Origin: Trichosphaerium sp. ATCC 40318
Taxonomy: Eukaryota; Protista; Tubulinea
Direction: 5' to 3'
DNA: 64,000 bases
Assembly: GCA_038496445.1 (NCBI GenBank)
Contig: JALMLS010000195.1
Coordinates: 1 to 64,000, forward strand
This document shows, one piece after another, positions 37,916-58,786 of the stretch. Under the pieces are notes generated by a model. It was not told the origin of the DNA and made no database searches. It worked only from the letters and a program-made list of their open reading frames with translations. A program made the position numbers and the translations under genes. Each line of letters opens with the position of its first letter. Positions within the stretch are counted from its first letter, which is position 1.

Positions 37916-38412
37916 GTAACTTCTGTAACCTCTTCGCCGAAGATTTTGAATACAGTAGATTATCCTCTGTGTAGTGACATTCTGTGCTCACGTGTAACTA
38001 CGCAAAAATACCAAATAAAGCATGAATTCATATTGCTTTTTTTTTCTCAATGTAAAAAGATCAGCTGTCTTGAGTTCAATCAACCTAATGCTTTTATTCA
38101 ACGCCCAACCAAAAAAAAGCACTTCCTATTCAGTACTCAACGGACAGGAGGATACAGGACACTACTTCGTCAAGAATACCTGTACAGGTTCTCTGTACCT
38201 CAAAACGATGTAAGCGTTGTAGTAAATGGTTTAAAAAACTACTAAAAAGGTGTCTGGAGTTCTTACCTATAAACAGCTATTAGATGCACTGTAATGCGTC
38301 TAGCCACCAGTTTAAGTTATTTGCAGTATCCACAGTGTCGCGCCAGAAGGATTTAGTTGTGCACAATGTACGGAGTTGTTAAAAAAAATCCCTCGTTCCC
38401 AAACGTGACGGC

Positions 38413-41400
38413 ATGACAGCCACAGTAAGGAATATTCAATAAATACAACCTCCTCATACTCTTTAGCTCCGTCGTTCAGCTACTAACGCTCTTATGGTTA
38501 AAGACGTGCGTAACAAATAATAAACTGAAAAGAAAGCGGAAACTATCCAAAAACAAACGTCTCTTTATAGTTCTGCAAGGCTCAAGAGCTTTTTGAAGAA
38601 ATTGTCGGTACAGCTCCTGATGACTATATGATGTGGTTCCATAGAGGTCAGAGCTTATTCGGACTCAAGAGGTAGGCCATTTATTCTCTAAAGTATCACG
38701 TGATTGATGTTTTTGGCGTTTAGTTACGAAGAAGCTATTGAATGTTTTCATCAAGCTCTCGCATTGAAGAAAGATCATTTAGAGTCAGCCAACGCGATTG
38801 GCACGTTGTTATACTTTTCTAGGCTATGTTTACTCTAAACCGCGTAACAAACTTTTTAGCTGTATCATACTGCCACACTGGAGATTATGAGAAGGCTATA
38901 AAGTACCTCCAAAAAACGACATTCTCAGTTGAAGTTTTTGTTTATTGTTTGTATCCTTATTCGTTGTAGCCAGTTTAATGTGACCTTAAAGCTGAACAAA
39001 CGATTTACACCAGCAACAAAAGGAAGATTGGTAGCGCTTAAAGGCTTGGGTACGTATGGAATAATTAGCTTGCAGTTGCGTTTACTTTGTATGTAGTAAA
39101 ACAAACCAAACACAAGGTGGAAAAAAACAAGAAACGCATACAAGAATTGGGTACACCAATCATTCCGAAACGTTGCTCTTCCGTAACATGGTGAATAGAA
39201 AAGAAGAAGCAAATGTATTTGAACATGCTAAAAAAAGCAGACGAGGGACCACAGGAAGAGCTAAAATCGCGTCTTGATTCGCTCATGAAAGTGTACTACC
39301 AATCAAACCAAAAACTTTTTTTTTTTCTTTATTCTTGTGCTCAAAGACTCACTATTTCTTTGCAGTGTTTTCGAAACCCCATTGGAGGCTGTGCGTTGTA
39401 CGCTTATATATTTAATTTATTATTATATTTTTACATTGATGGCCAAAGAACCAAGAAAGGCCTACCTTCTTACTTGCTTTATTTAGGTAGTAACGAAAGA
39501 AAAGAAATTTATGAAGAGTATTTGGCAAAAATTGCTGATAAAAAAAAGGAGATTGAGCAAAAAACAAAAGAACTTGTTGAAAAGGCAAAGGAGTTATCAA
39601 GCAGACAATCACAAGACAGCGAAGAACAAAAATCAGCTGTCCAAGACTTAAAGTACAACAAACTTTTTTTTATCAGACTTAGAAAATCACGTGCTAAAGT
39701 CTTTCGCAGACAACTTCGTGATGAGCTTGAGTCTGAGAGGTTATCATTGAAGATGGAAAAAGAAGCTGTAAAAGCTGCTATGGCTGAGGAACAGCAATTA
39801 CTTCAACAGCAGCAAGACGCTTTTAATGATAAGATGAAATCAATCCAAAAACAACTTGATGAAATCAACGTAAACTACTAAGTTTCTTCTTCTTCTCAAA
39901 TCTTTCCTTATTATCTCCTGTACTTACCTATACTCTCTTTTGATAGTCTATGAGAGAAAGTTATAGAGAATCTGTAAGTGAAGAACAACAGCATAGCTAC
40001 TCAAGGCTTCATGATACTTTGATTTTTGCTATTGAACAAGAAAATCACAAACTTGTTGAAAGGATAGTTCAAAACCACCCAGATATCATGTTAGAACGTG
40101 ATATCAGAAATCAATCATCTCTACATATAGCAGCACAGTTAGGAAGCGTTGAGGTTTGTTACTAAACAAGAAGCGCTTAACAAGAGATAGCCCGAGCTTG
40201 AACTTACTTTCTTTGCTAGATTATAAATATTTTACTGTGGGCTGCTAAGACTGACTATGTGTACTCCGAGCTTAAAGATATGAATGGCCAAACTGCTTTA
40301 GACGTTGCTACAAAAAATGAACTTGATAAAGATACCTTGTTGTTGATGCGTGTACGCTTGGAAGCCGAGATTAAAGCTGCATCTAAAATCAATGCAGAAT
40401 TCGCTTTTGTGGCAAAAGACTTAGGCACGAATTAGTTCATAATGTTAGTGTTTTAACTTGAATGTCTAGATGAGCAACTGCGAAAGCTTAAAGAGAAGAT
40501 GCTCATAAAATATCAAGAAAAGGAAATGCCGTCAGTCCAAGTTAAACGTGTATCCTTCTTGTCAAGTTTTGTTTTAACATGTGGAAAGTTTGAGGAATTA
40601 AACCACCTTAATTTCTCAGATTCAAGAGCTACTGTTTCGATATAGAGATGCCTTGTATCCAATACTAAAGTATACAAAAGCATATGAAGGTCATGAAACA
40701 ATAGTAGATGAGGGTGTAGGATATATGGAGTCTCTATCGTACATAGTTCAATATCCTTATTGTTTTCTAAACTTTTACCATTAGAATTAAGCTTGACAAA
40801 GCGAAATGTATGCGGAATATATCCACGCTGGACCATAAAATATCACAACACATAAAGAACAATATGGAGCCTTTTGAAACACTACGAACTTGTCTAGTAA
40901 GTATTCATGTATGAGTGGATAGTCACGTGAATAGCGTTTAAAATCATATTGTAATCACGTGATTCGCGTATTTTCTCATATGATTGTTTACATGTGAAGA
41001 GTTTGCACTTGTATTTATGGTCATCTTGGATTGTCTTGTTAGCTGACTTTTTATTTAGCATCCACAAGTTAAGCCTGATAGCCACGCACTTAAAGTTATA
41101 AATAAACATTTGGATTCACAAGTTCTAAGGGATATATGCGGTCACACAAATGTTACAGCAAGTTCTCTTAGTTCATTAAAAAAGAGAAAAAAAGCTTATA
41201 AAAATGCTGAAAAGAAACTTGAAGTAAGTACTTTCTGCCGCTAACTCCTTTCCTTTCACTTTTATGTTGATTCAAATATTTATTGATTCCTTTCTAGGAT
41301 GTACTCACTGGATTCCGAAAAGAATCATTGTCTTTAGACGTACGTGGCGAGTTTTATAAAAGTTTTGTCGAGCTATTTTTTGTAATTTTTTATTTACAAT

Positions 41401-41541
41401 CATTGTTTTATAACACCCGTGTAGTTACAAAAGCGTTTGTACGAGATAATTGAGTCCATATGTGATCATGTTCTTAGTATATCCGGTCTTAGCCCTCAAA
41501 GAATAGAAACAATTGCACAAATAGCGAAACAAAACCAATAA
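38413..41541 (+). CDS. TPR + coiled-coil + ankyrin-repeat protein
   Basis: TPR exons (PDDYMMWFHRGQSLF..YEEAIECFHQAL; GDYEKAI), E/K/Q-rich coil, ankyrin (SSLHIAAQLG; DMNGQTALDVA); contains a U12 intron and 2 GC-AG introns. Confidence 0.75.
40550..40619 (+). other. U12-type (minor spliceosome) GT-AG intron
   Basis: 5' GTATCCTT; branch CCTTAAT 7 nt before the intron end; removal restores QVKR|IQELLF, and the alternatives tested hit stops. Confidence 0.8.
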
Positions 41542-41632
41542 CAAAAACAATAATAAAAGAAAAGCTTGTACAATAACAAAAAATAGTTTCGCCTTAATGA
41601 TGTTTAGTTTGTTCACCTTCTTATGTGCTTTT

Positions 41633-44363
41633 CTACTCTTCAGAAGATCCATTTGCAAGATTATCGTATCTCTCATTACTACTCGTTTCTGTTCCGCGTA
41701 CAACATTGCTTAGTCGCTGTTGCTCTTTGCGTCTTGCTTTAGACCACCTTCTGTTTCTTACCATCCAAAAAACCATGAATGAAACAATGACAGCCACAAC
41801 AACAAATACCACAACAAATACGGAAGCTATTACTACTTCCTGAAGACCGCATGATGAATCATCAACAATGCTCAGAATTTGAAGGCTTTGACGCATATAC
41901 TGCCCTTCAGGTGTCACTTTCTCACAATCCCTTTTATCTCGCCTAAAACAAGAAAATAATAAGAATAAAACAAAGTACTGCTGAGACGTTGCCACCTGTA
42001 TAGAAAAATAGCATCATAAAACTTTGCTTTTCAAAAAGAAATGGGTCGTAGGGATGCTGAGATAATCGACTAAAAAAACTTTGAGGATTTCGTACACGTT
42101 GAGTTCAACATCATCGAATGTGGTGTTATCCCAACAGTTATAAGTTGCAACTTCAAAAGGTGTTGATGTATCGATAGCATTCACAACTAGTTTACCACCG
42201 AAACTAACACATCCTTGTACATCAATTGTACCCGCAACCTCGAGAACAGACGTCTCATTCAACTCTAAATTACCTAAAATAATAGCTGGTTAGTTTCAAT
42301 GTATTAATAAATGGCGAGCTATTACATAAATTCACTGATTCTGTGCATTTAGATAGAAATTTTTTTACGTGTTGTTTTGACAAACAAGTGACAGCAGAGA
42401 GCTTTTGTTATTCATAGATTCTGGAAAAAATCCAAAAAAAAAGAGATCATACCTACTATAATTACAGGTACATTTGTGATCCAAACAGTAGGATTCACAA
42501 TACTTCCTTGTACTACATATTGGCCATCAATACATATAGCATCTTGTGGTTGAACACCGGTGCAAGCTAGAGCTACAAAACAGAATTTTTTAGCATGAGA
42601 ACTTGAGCGTTAAAAAGTTACCTGGCGCTTCTGATGGTGGTTCTGACGGTTCTAGTGATGGTTCTGTAGTAGGTGTATCTGAAGGTACACTTGGAATTGT
42701 TGTCGGTGCGTTTGTTGGAGCGTTTGTTGGAGCGGATGTTGGTGCCTGAGTAGGTGTGAACCGAAGCAATACAACAACATTTGAAAAAATAAATACCGGA
42801 GGAATTGTAGCTGCGTCTAATACAAGGGCGTTCATCTGTGGCCATGAATTCGATGTAGGTACAAGATCAAGATCAAATTCATATACCATACCTAAACAAG
42901 GGGTCAAAAATATCTTTGAAACAAGTTTTTTTGGAGGAAATGTTTAAACCAAAAAAAAGTTCAGAATAATGTTTTAGGAATATTGAAGTTTCTAACTAGT
43001 TCAAACGCATGTATGTAAATAATAATAGTTCTCTTACCGTCAACAAAGCTTATATAAATAAATCCAGCAGTTCCGTCAACTGCAATTCTTGCTGGAAATT
43101 TATCTATTCCAATCGAAACGTTTACAGACTCAAGCCAATTTGTTTCATTCTGTAAACGCTGTACACTAAACATGTCTTCAGAAAGTACGTATAACACATC
43201 ATTGTTGTGATCATAACCCATGTCAATCACTAAGAGATGCGTCAGAAGGAGGTAAGAAAAGAACAAGATGTTTTAATTCGTCGAAAAAACAGCTTTTATT
43301 CAAAATCGAGTTTATCAATTCCAAGACCTTGTGTACATCCAAGGTCCATGTCAAGATATAAAATTAGGTTTGTTTTAAAAAATTAAGCCATTAGAAAGAT
43401 GTAGGTTAAAGTACCAGTACTGCTAGAAATTGGAGAAATGTCAACATTGATGGGTATCGGATTTCTGGTTGCTAGTTCAGTCTTGAATATTCTTAAATCA
43501 GGATCTTGTAAAATAGTGTATATTGTATCTGTTACATCGCTGTACGTAAACGATGTGATATTAACAGTATCTCCAAAATTGGCAATTGCCTTGGAATCGT
43601 CAAGAGAGTTATTAAAATAATCAAACTCTGTCAGCTTATTTTTATCTGCATGAAATACACGGAATCCATTTACTAGGCAACAACAATAAGTCATACGTCT
43701 ATAAAGATTTATATGAGCATGTAATCTTGCTCCTTAATGATTACAAAGAACTGAGTGGTCCAACAGCAAGAGACAGGAGGTAGTAGTATTGTACGTTCCA
43801 ATTTCCGATAGAAAATAAAAAAAAATTTTCTTGGTTTCGAAATCAGAACGTTTTCGTTCTCTTTTATTCAAGAATTTCGTTGCGTACTTGCTTTAGTTGT
43901 TCCCAAACCACTTTTAGAAGAGTTCATACCAGGTAAAATAATCTGTTCTTTGGAGAACAAGTCAAGCCTTTGAAAGATTTAGAGAAAACTAGAGAAAAAA
44001 AAATAGAAACGCTGTTGTGTTCTTATTTTAGGCTGCCACGTGATTTTAGATGAAAAAAGAGATACTCACTGGTAAATAACGTCTGTTGAAGCTTTTGAAA
44101 TAATAATAGTCTTAGAATCTGGGTCAATAGCGATGAAATCCTCTGTTGTAAACGTATTGAAAGGCTGGGGGATTTGGGTTTCGTTTCCATCTTCTAATAC
44201 CGTAATAAAAGCATTAGGGTCATTACTTGATCCCCACGCTACTATAGATGCGTCGCACTATGAAAAAGAAGCGTAAATCAACGGAGCTGGTAAAATATGT
44301 GTGTTTTCTTACGCCAACGATTATACATAGCAGAGTGACGCTAAGCGTGCGTACAAATGTCAT
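41633..44363 (-). CDS. type I membrane protein: signal peptide, beta-propeller-like region, Pro/Thr stalk, Cys/beta domain, TM, short tail
   Basis: MTFVRTLSVTLLCIIVG leader; PARIAVDGTAGFIYISF blade-like segments; PTSAPTNAPTNAPT stalk; TM VVIASVFVVVFVVVAVIVSFMVFW followed by RNRRW. Confidence 0.75.
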
Positions 44364-44905
44364 TTGTTAATTGTGTTTCATACTTGAAAAATGTCACGTG
44401 AAGTACCTCGTGGTCTTATGTGGTCAAAGCAGAAGCATGCCGTCATTGATAAACCATTTTTACTTCTCTCTGTTCCAGCTTCAAGACGTTCATATTATTG
44501 TTGAAGGAGAAAGAAAACACTAATCACGTGAGTTCTTTGAACAGCCTTTGTGAACGTTTTCATGAATACAACTAGGTGTTCACAGCAAAAAAGTGCCGAA
44601 ACAAATCTCGCTCTTTCTATATTCCCGTTTCCCTTAACGAACGGTACAGTGCTGAGATTGGTTGTAGGTTCAAGTATTTGACCGCCTCCGAGCAAAAACG
44701 GTTCGCAAGTTAGCACGTAATTCAGACGAACGGCAAGTTAGACTTTTTCAACTGATGACATTAAGGTTCGTTGCGTGTTAAGTACAGACGATGAATGTAG
44801 CGCGAGTAAGTAGCACCAAATAACGTAGTAAAGCATACGCACTCCCAAGAACGTAAAAAGGGCTGTTTGAATAAAGGCGGTAAACTTACAGAGAATTAAC
44901 TCCAA

Positions 44906-46217
44906 ATGGAAACAAAACGCAAAGTACTAGTTTAATGATCATGCCGTAGTCCCAATTAACGATTAAATAGACGAATACTACAAACTCGGGTCATTTCAAC
45001 CTATTACAGCTTCCAACTGAGCTACAACTTGATATCATCGATCTAGACCACGAAGTGTACATAAAATGGCCTGTTTTATGTACACAAGCCGCGATGAATA
45101 CAAGGTTTGATGACAACTTCGAAAAACACGGAAAATGGATTAAAAGGGGATATAAAAAATACTACTGTAGCACTTATGATCAATACTCAAATAGTTTATT
45201 TGGAGATTGGCCTTCTGAAGATGGAAATATTTTAAGAAAACAATGAGAAAACGTTTAGATTATATACCTAGAGGAGATAAGCCAGATAAAATGAGACATG
45301 CACAAATACAAGATATAATCGTTGAACATTGGAGACATGGTAAACTACATGGAGAGTTCAAGGGATGGCATGAACAAGGTAGTGTTGATGGTGTTCAAGT
45401 ATTAGCAGAGCAAGGAAGCTATGTTGATGGTAAGCTTGATGGAGAGTACAAGTGCTGGAGTGATAAAGGCGTATTAGTTAAGAACTGTCACTTTGTTAAT
45501 GGCATACTTGAAGGAGAGTTTCAACTTTGGAATCCAATCTATAGTACCAAGTGTATATCACAAAAAGGTACTTTTGTTGATGACAAGATTAACGGAATGT
45601 GTGAGGATTGGTATAGGGGTATAATAAGCCACCAATGTGTATATGTTAATGATAAACCTGAAGGAGAGTACAAGAGTTGGCACAAAGGTGAATTATTTGT
45701 ACATGGCTACTATGTCAACGGTAGAAGTGCTGGAACATGGCAAAATTGGACAAATGGCCAAGTTTGTGATCAAATAAATTATGTAAATGGGAAAAGAGAA
45801 GGAGAGTACAAGAGTTGGTATGATAATGGCCAATTAAAAGAGCAATGTAATTATGTTGATGAAAAGATACACGGGAAACATGAGAAGTGGAATGAAAAAG
45901 GTCAGTTATGTGAAGAAAATTATTATGAAAAGGGTGCCACTAGAGGAACACATACAAGGTGGGTAGATGGTAAATTATATAAACAATGGAATCACATCAG
46001 TGACAAAGAAACAGAATTTAAGCAATGGCATGACAATGGACAATTAAGCGAGCAACTTACTTTTATTGATGAGATGCTAGAAGGAGAGTGCAAGAGTTGG
46101 TATGACAATGGCCAATTGCAGGAACATTCTGTTGTTGTACAAGGTATAATCAAACAAAAAAAAAAGTGGACTAAGGATGGTAAGGAAATTGAAGATAGCA
46201 ATGAACAAAGTCAATAA
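44906..46217 (+). CDS. F-box-like + MORN-variant repeat protein, copy 3, with a frame break at 45243-45246
   Basis: ATG 44906 METKRK, intron 44924-44970, then LLQLPTELQLDIIDLD..WPVLCTQAAMNTRFD..EKHGKW; TGA 45244-45246 overlaps ATG 45243 of the MORN ORF in the -1 frame. Confidence 0.7.
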
Positions 46218-46458
46218 ATACCCTATTTGATGTTATTAAAACATAAAAGAAATCAAATTAGAGACTTTGAATAGTCAGGCGTCCAAACTAGCTTGAACCT
46301 GCTTGACAGTATGAAAATGAAATTGTTTAAAGCCATTTTGTTTACTAGATTCGTCCCATGATACTTAAGGACAGGGCTTGCCCTTTACGTTAAAACAAGC
46401 TCGGTCAGCCAAGGCCTCACAACCAAATTGTACTAAGTAGAATACGTATGTACATGTT

Positions 46459-54102
<7,644 letters not shown>

Positions 54103-54567
54103 TGTTTTCGCTACTTTGAGCGAAATTAGAACACTATCAAACCCAGGGAGTACATGGAATAGTTAAATAGTTGTTTTATGGAATTGCTTTGTTTGTTTTT
54201 GATGACCAGCACCGTGGATGTCAAGTCGCTTTCGTTCCACGCGAAAACCATTTCAGCGCGAACAGCTACCACTGCGTGCTACGCAACCGTGCAATAAACA
54301 AGGCTATAAACGTCAAAAGCTTTAGCACGTGATGTATCAACGCTGTAGCTGTATTGGGAGTATTCAACAGGATTTAGTTGTCCATGCGTATTTTTCTTTG
54401 TTGGCAATTACAAACTAAAACAGTCAACAATCAACTTAAAATCGTTCTATAAGCCGTAAAATCAGCTAACAGACTCCTCTCCGAGCATTGACGTATAAGC
54501 TTAAACGCGCTTCAACAAACAAACTCCATATAACTTTGCGATAGCATTCCACATAGCGTAGCTACGC

Positions 54568-56038
54568 ATGTTACCGTATGCTGCTTATATAGCAATATAC
54601 GCCATCGTAATAATGATAGTGGGTGTTGTGGGACCGCTATTACCCTACGTAGTGCGCAGATTTGGTCCTACAAACAACAGTAAAGCGTCTATCTGGCTAA
54701 TTCTGTCGCTTACGCTTAAATTCTCTGCTGGAGTTCTAATTAGTGGTGGTACAGTTCATATGGCTCGCGACAGCCTTTGTACGTTCTCGAAGAGTGTTTC
54801 ATACTTTTTTACCGCAAAAACATCTTCGTAACTCTACCTAGCTACGTGGGTCGCGTACTCAAATTGCATGGGACCTTACAATACAAGTATGTCAGCGAAA
54901 ACGTTTTAAAACCTTCAGTGAACTCCTCGCGTTACACGTTTATAGAACCAGCATGTACTGGCGTCAAAGAACTAACAGTCTCAAACACAACCTTATACAT
55001 ATGTCCAGGAGACTGTATGCCCTTCCCATGGTTAGTTTTTTCGACTAGAAAATGTAAACCAGATAACAACTAACTGGATGTAAAGGTGGCTATTCTCTCT
55101 AGGTAGTAGCCTAATAGTAGTTGCTATGTTAGAAGCTATATCAGGCCATGAGGATAAGAGTACGTTTTATAACTTGTACACCTATGTTATAGTCACAGAC
55201 TGTTCCTATCTTGAGAGTGTTGTTACTTACACTTACAAAGTGTGATTGTTTTTTAGGTTTTTTCGAAATGGTTCACTACTATGAACAAACGCTTCATATA
55301 AATGAAGTAGCAAAGACTGATACTGTACAATCAAGTACTACTCCTGAACCTACTGTTAAGCCACCAAGCAGTAAAAAATCAATTATCTTGTTGCTTGCAT
55401 TAATAGTGCACTCATTTATTGTTGGCTTGTCTCTCACTGGTAAGTCTACATCGGATAATATACAAAGATGGGGTATCTTTGCTGCTATACTAGCACACAA
55501 GGTAAGTGAAGAAATTTGTAGTAACACGTGCTGTGTTAACTGAAAAATAACAACAGGGTTTCGCTGGATATACTCTTGGCGTTTCGCTTGTCACAACAAT
55601 GACAAAGTTATGGGTATGTGCTTACATGAGACCTTATTATAGAATTAATTTTGGTAATGCTATATTAGTATTGGGGTATAGTGATGACATTAGCGTTTGC
55701 TATAAGCACTCCATCAGGTAAACTTTTTTTTCTTTTGAATTCAAGTTTGTTTTGGAGGAATCTAATGTTTTGATTCGTAATGTTCTCTTGTAGGTGTTAT
55801 TGTTGGTAGTACCTTAATTAATACATTGAGTGGACCATTACAACAGATTTTACAAGGTCTGTTCCTTGCTTTGGCAGCAGGGACATTTGTTTATATTGGA
55901 CTTGTTGAAATGCTTCTTGTTGATACTTTTGAACAACTCAAATTTAATGGAGTTAGAGGTTGGATCAGTAAAAGTTTGCATGTTTTGTCAGCGTTTTGCG
56001 GATTTGGTTTAATGTCCGCACTATCACTATGGGTATAA
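54568..56038 (+). CDS. ZIP (Zrt/Irt-like) metal transporter
   Basis: FSAGVLISGGTVHM, ALIVHSFIVGLSL, AILAHKGF, STPSGVIVG, ALAAGTFVYIGLVEML, GFGLMSALSLWV. Confidence 0.9.
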
Positions 56039-57113
56039 AAATATGTACAAATAAAAATAATTTTAAACCCCGAGTTAACAACATCCACGCTAATTCCTTA
56101 ACTTCTCCTTTTCTCGTAATACCGATTTTCTTGTCAAACAAACTCTTCAAATTGTCACTTTGTAAAACAATCACCATAGCATGATAGAGGAGTTAAAGGA
56201 CTTATATTTTGCTCAACAATCAAAATAATTTTGGTAGAAAGCAGTAACTTTACATTGTCTAGGTAATGAACACTATTACAACAAACATTATATCCATTCC
56301 CAACGAGGTTGAAATACCTTGAGTTAGGTGAGAAGACTACTATCAATTTTTCAGTACCATGTATGCATGCTTGTTTCCAAGGGACGCAGAGTATACTAGC
56401 CCTTTTCTTCTTTTTGTGAATTCTTCCTTTGTTATAAAGCCTTCATTAAGCAACTGAGTTAAATTGTGCATTTCTTTTTTAATGTCACCAATATCAGTAA
56501 TTAAAATGGGACTGACACTAGAAATAGGTAAGCTGAGAGCTTGGCTACGTCAGTTTTGTTTTTTGAAACGGCGTGAAAAGCTGCGTGAAATTTCATAATT
56601 TAACGGGTGTGATCAGTTGCGAAGCTATTGTCAAGAGCTAGCAGCACCTCTACCCCCTTTGGCGGCCCTATGAAAAAATAAATACCTCGATACACTTTCG
56701 GTATAATCACGTGATTCTGTACTAATACTATCAGTTAATTATTCAGCTATTTTGCGTACCTGTTGATATAGGTTGTATCTTGTGCCGATTCAATTGGCTC
56801 TAGCGTAGAAGTTAATTCTGGTGCGTTAGGATTTCTTTTAACTTCAGCGTCTGTGCGCTGCATTGAGCGATGAGCTAATACATGAATAGCACAATTTAAA
56901 CTCGTTTGCATACGAGCTGGCTTTAATCCAGCTTTTCCTCTACCAAATAACCGCATTGTAGTAGTTACTGGAGGTAAGCTGTCAGCATATTAACTTTTAG
57001 TTTGAGATTGTTAATTGTAAAGTCTTGAGCTTTCTGCTCTGGTAAAAATATGCACTTCACCGTTTTCTAATTTGGTAAACACGTGCTCTTCTTAGTATAT
57101 AAAATACAACAAC

Positions 57114-58366
57114 ATGTTTCAGTTACTTTTAGTTTGTCTCTTAATTTCAATAGTACATTCGTCGGCCCAAGACGTATGTGCGTCTGCAGGCACGTGAAAC
57201 CAATAAATCAATTAAGCACCTCTTATTCTCGCTGTGCCTAACCTTGTACGCTTATACTTATGCATACGAGTTTATAGGGAATTGTATCCTCAACAGTTGC
57301 CCAAATTTATCAGACGCATACGCTTGTGCCAATGCTGGAGATGGACAAGAGTGTTTTTTCTGTTGTCAACCTTTTTTGGGCACGTTTAGGATTTGAGTTC
57401 AAATTAACACCAATAGGCACATCTAAACTGTGCAGATGCAGTAATCGCATAGGCAATACTTGTGAGGCTACGTTTCAGCTGCAGAACCCCTCAGCGTGTC
57501 AAAATTTCAGAGCTTCCGCAGGTATGATTTTAAACATACAAATACAATGACGTTTTTAGTACCACACATCCAACAGTTGCCCAGAAGTATCAGATGGAGA
57601 TGCTTGCGCCAACGCTGGAGATGGACAAGAATGTTTTTTCTGTTGTCAACCTTTCTTGGGTACCTTTCGGACAATGTTTTGCGCTCTAATTAACACCAAT
57701 AGGCACTTCTAAACTGTGCAGATGCAGTAATCGCATAGGCAATACTTGTGAGGCTACGTTTCAGCTGCAGAACCCCTCAGCGTGTCAAGACTTCAGATGC
57801 GGCAATGATACAGCTCCTCCACCTGCACCGACCATGCCCGTTGCACCTTCAAAAGATCCCTGTGCTTCTGCAGGTATGATTTTAAACTTACAAATTTTCG
57901 TCCTTTGACAATGACTTTTCTTTGTTTTTAAGTACCACGTTTTGTACATTTATTTATTGGTTTTTTTTAGGAAATTGTGAAGCCAACAGTTGCCCAGAAG
58001 TATCAGATGGAGATGCTTGCGCCAACGCTGGAGATGGACAAGAATGTTTTTTCTGTTGTCAACCTTTCTTGGGTACCTTTCGGACAATGTTTTGCGCTCT
58101 AGTTAACACCAATAGGCACTTCTAAACTGTGCAGATGCACTAATCGCATAGGCAATACTTGTGAGGCTGTGTTTCAGGCACAGAACCCCTCAGCGTGTCA
58201 AGATTTTAGATGTAAAAATGATACAGCTTCCCCAACCACATCTCCAATCGTACCCATAGGCGTTACGGTGGCCCCAAATACATCAAAGGCAGTCTTAAAA
58301 CAAAGTATTGTGTACAATCACCTGGCTCTCCTTTCAGTCACCATTGCATTGCTAAAGTGGTTGTAG
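57114..58366 (+). CDS. secreted, probably GPI-anchored protein with three Cys-rich repeats
   Basis: Signal peptide; 3x NSCP..SD..ACANAGDGQECFFCCQPFLG|TSKLCRC.NRIGNTCEA.FQ.QNPSACQ.FR; hydrophobic C-terminus. Confidence 0.75.
57292..58210 (+). repeat. three near-identical exon-intron-exon units
   Basis: Units begin ~57292, ~57572 and ~57985; introns sit at the same position in each unit. Confidence 0.9.
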
Positions 58367-58786
58367 ATTGTTTCTTAATAAAACTCATAAACGATAACAA
58401 AGTACTGCTATTTTTGTGCTTTACGAAAAAGTATCTTTGTTTTCTAGACAAATTCTACCAAAAAGTTTCAACCAGTAGGTGTAAAGTGTGAATCGAGAGT
58501 CATTGTTATATTAAATTCAATAACTAAGATAAGCAAACCAGCAAAGACTTCGTAAATGACAGACCGTTTACAATATCCACCAGTTTCATATCTTAATTGT
58601 TGCGAAAACGTAACATCTTATCCACCCAAACTATTCACTGAAAATCTATATTTACTGATCTTGTATCCCAGATGTAGTTAGTTTAGACTAACGACGTTAT
58701 AAACCCAGGACCACTTTACAACGTGACCGGTCAAGCACAAAAAATAAAACAACTTTAGTATAAAAGGGAAATAACTTCTTTATTTC

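Noticed and set aside
38951-38958. GTATCCTT as a U12 donor
   Set aside because: Sits near the 3' end of a GT-AG intron that gives the correct TPR frame
40751-40758. ATATCCTT as a U12 donor
   Set aside because: Internal to the GT-AG intron 40739-40784; no U12 branch site
55400-55590. ZIP metal-site substitutions (HSFIVG, HKGFAG)
   Set aside because: Within the known variation of ZIP family members
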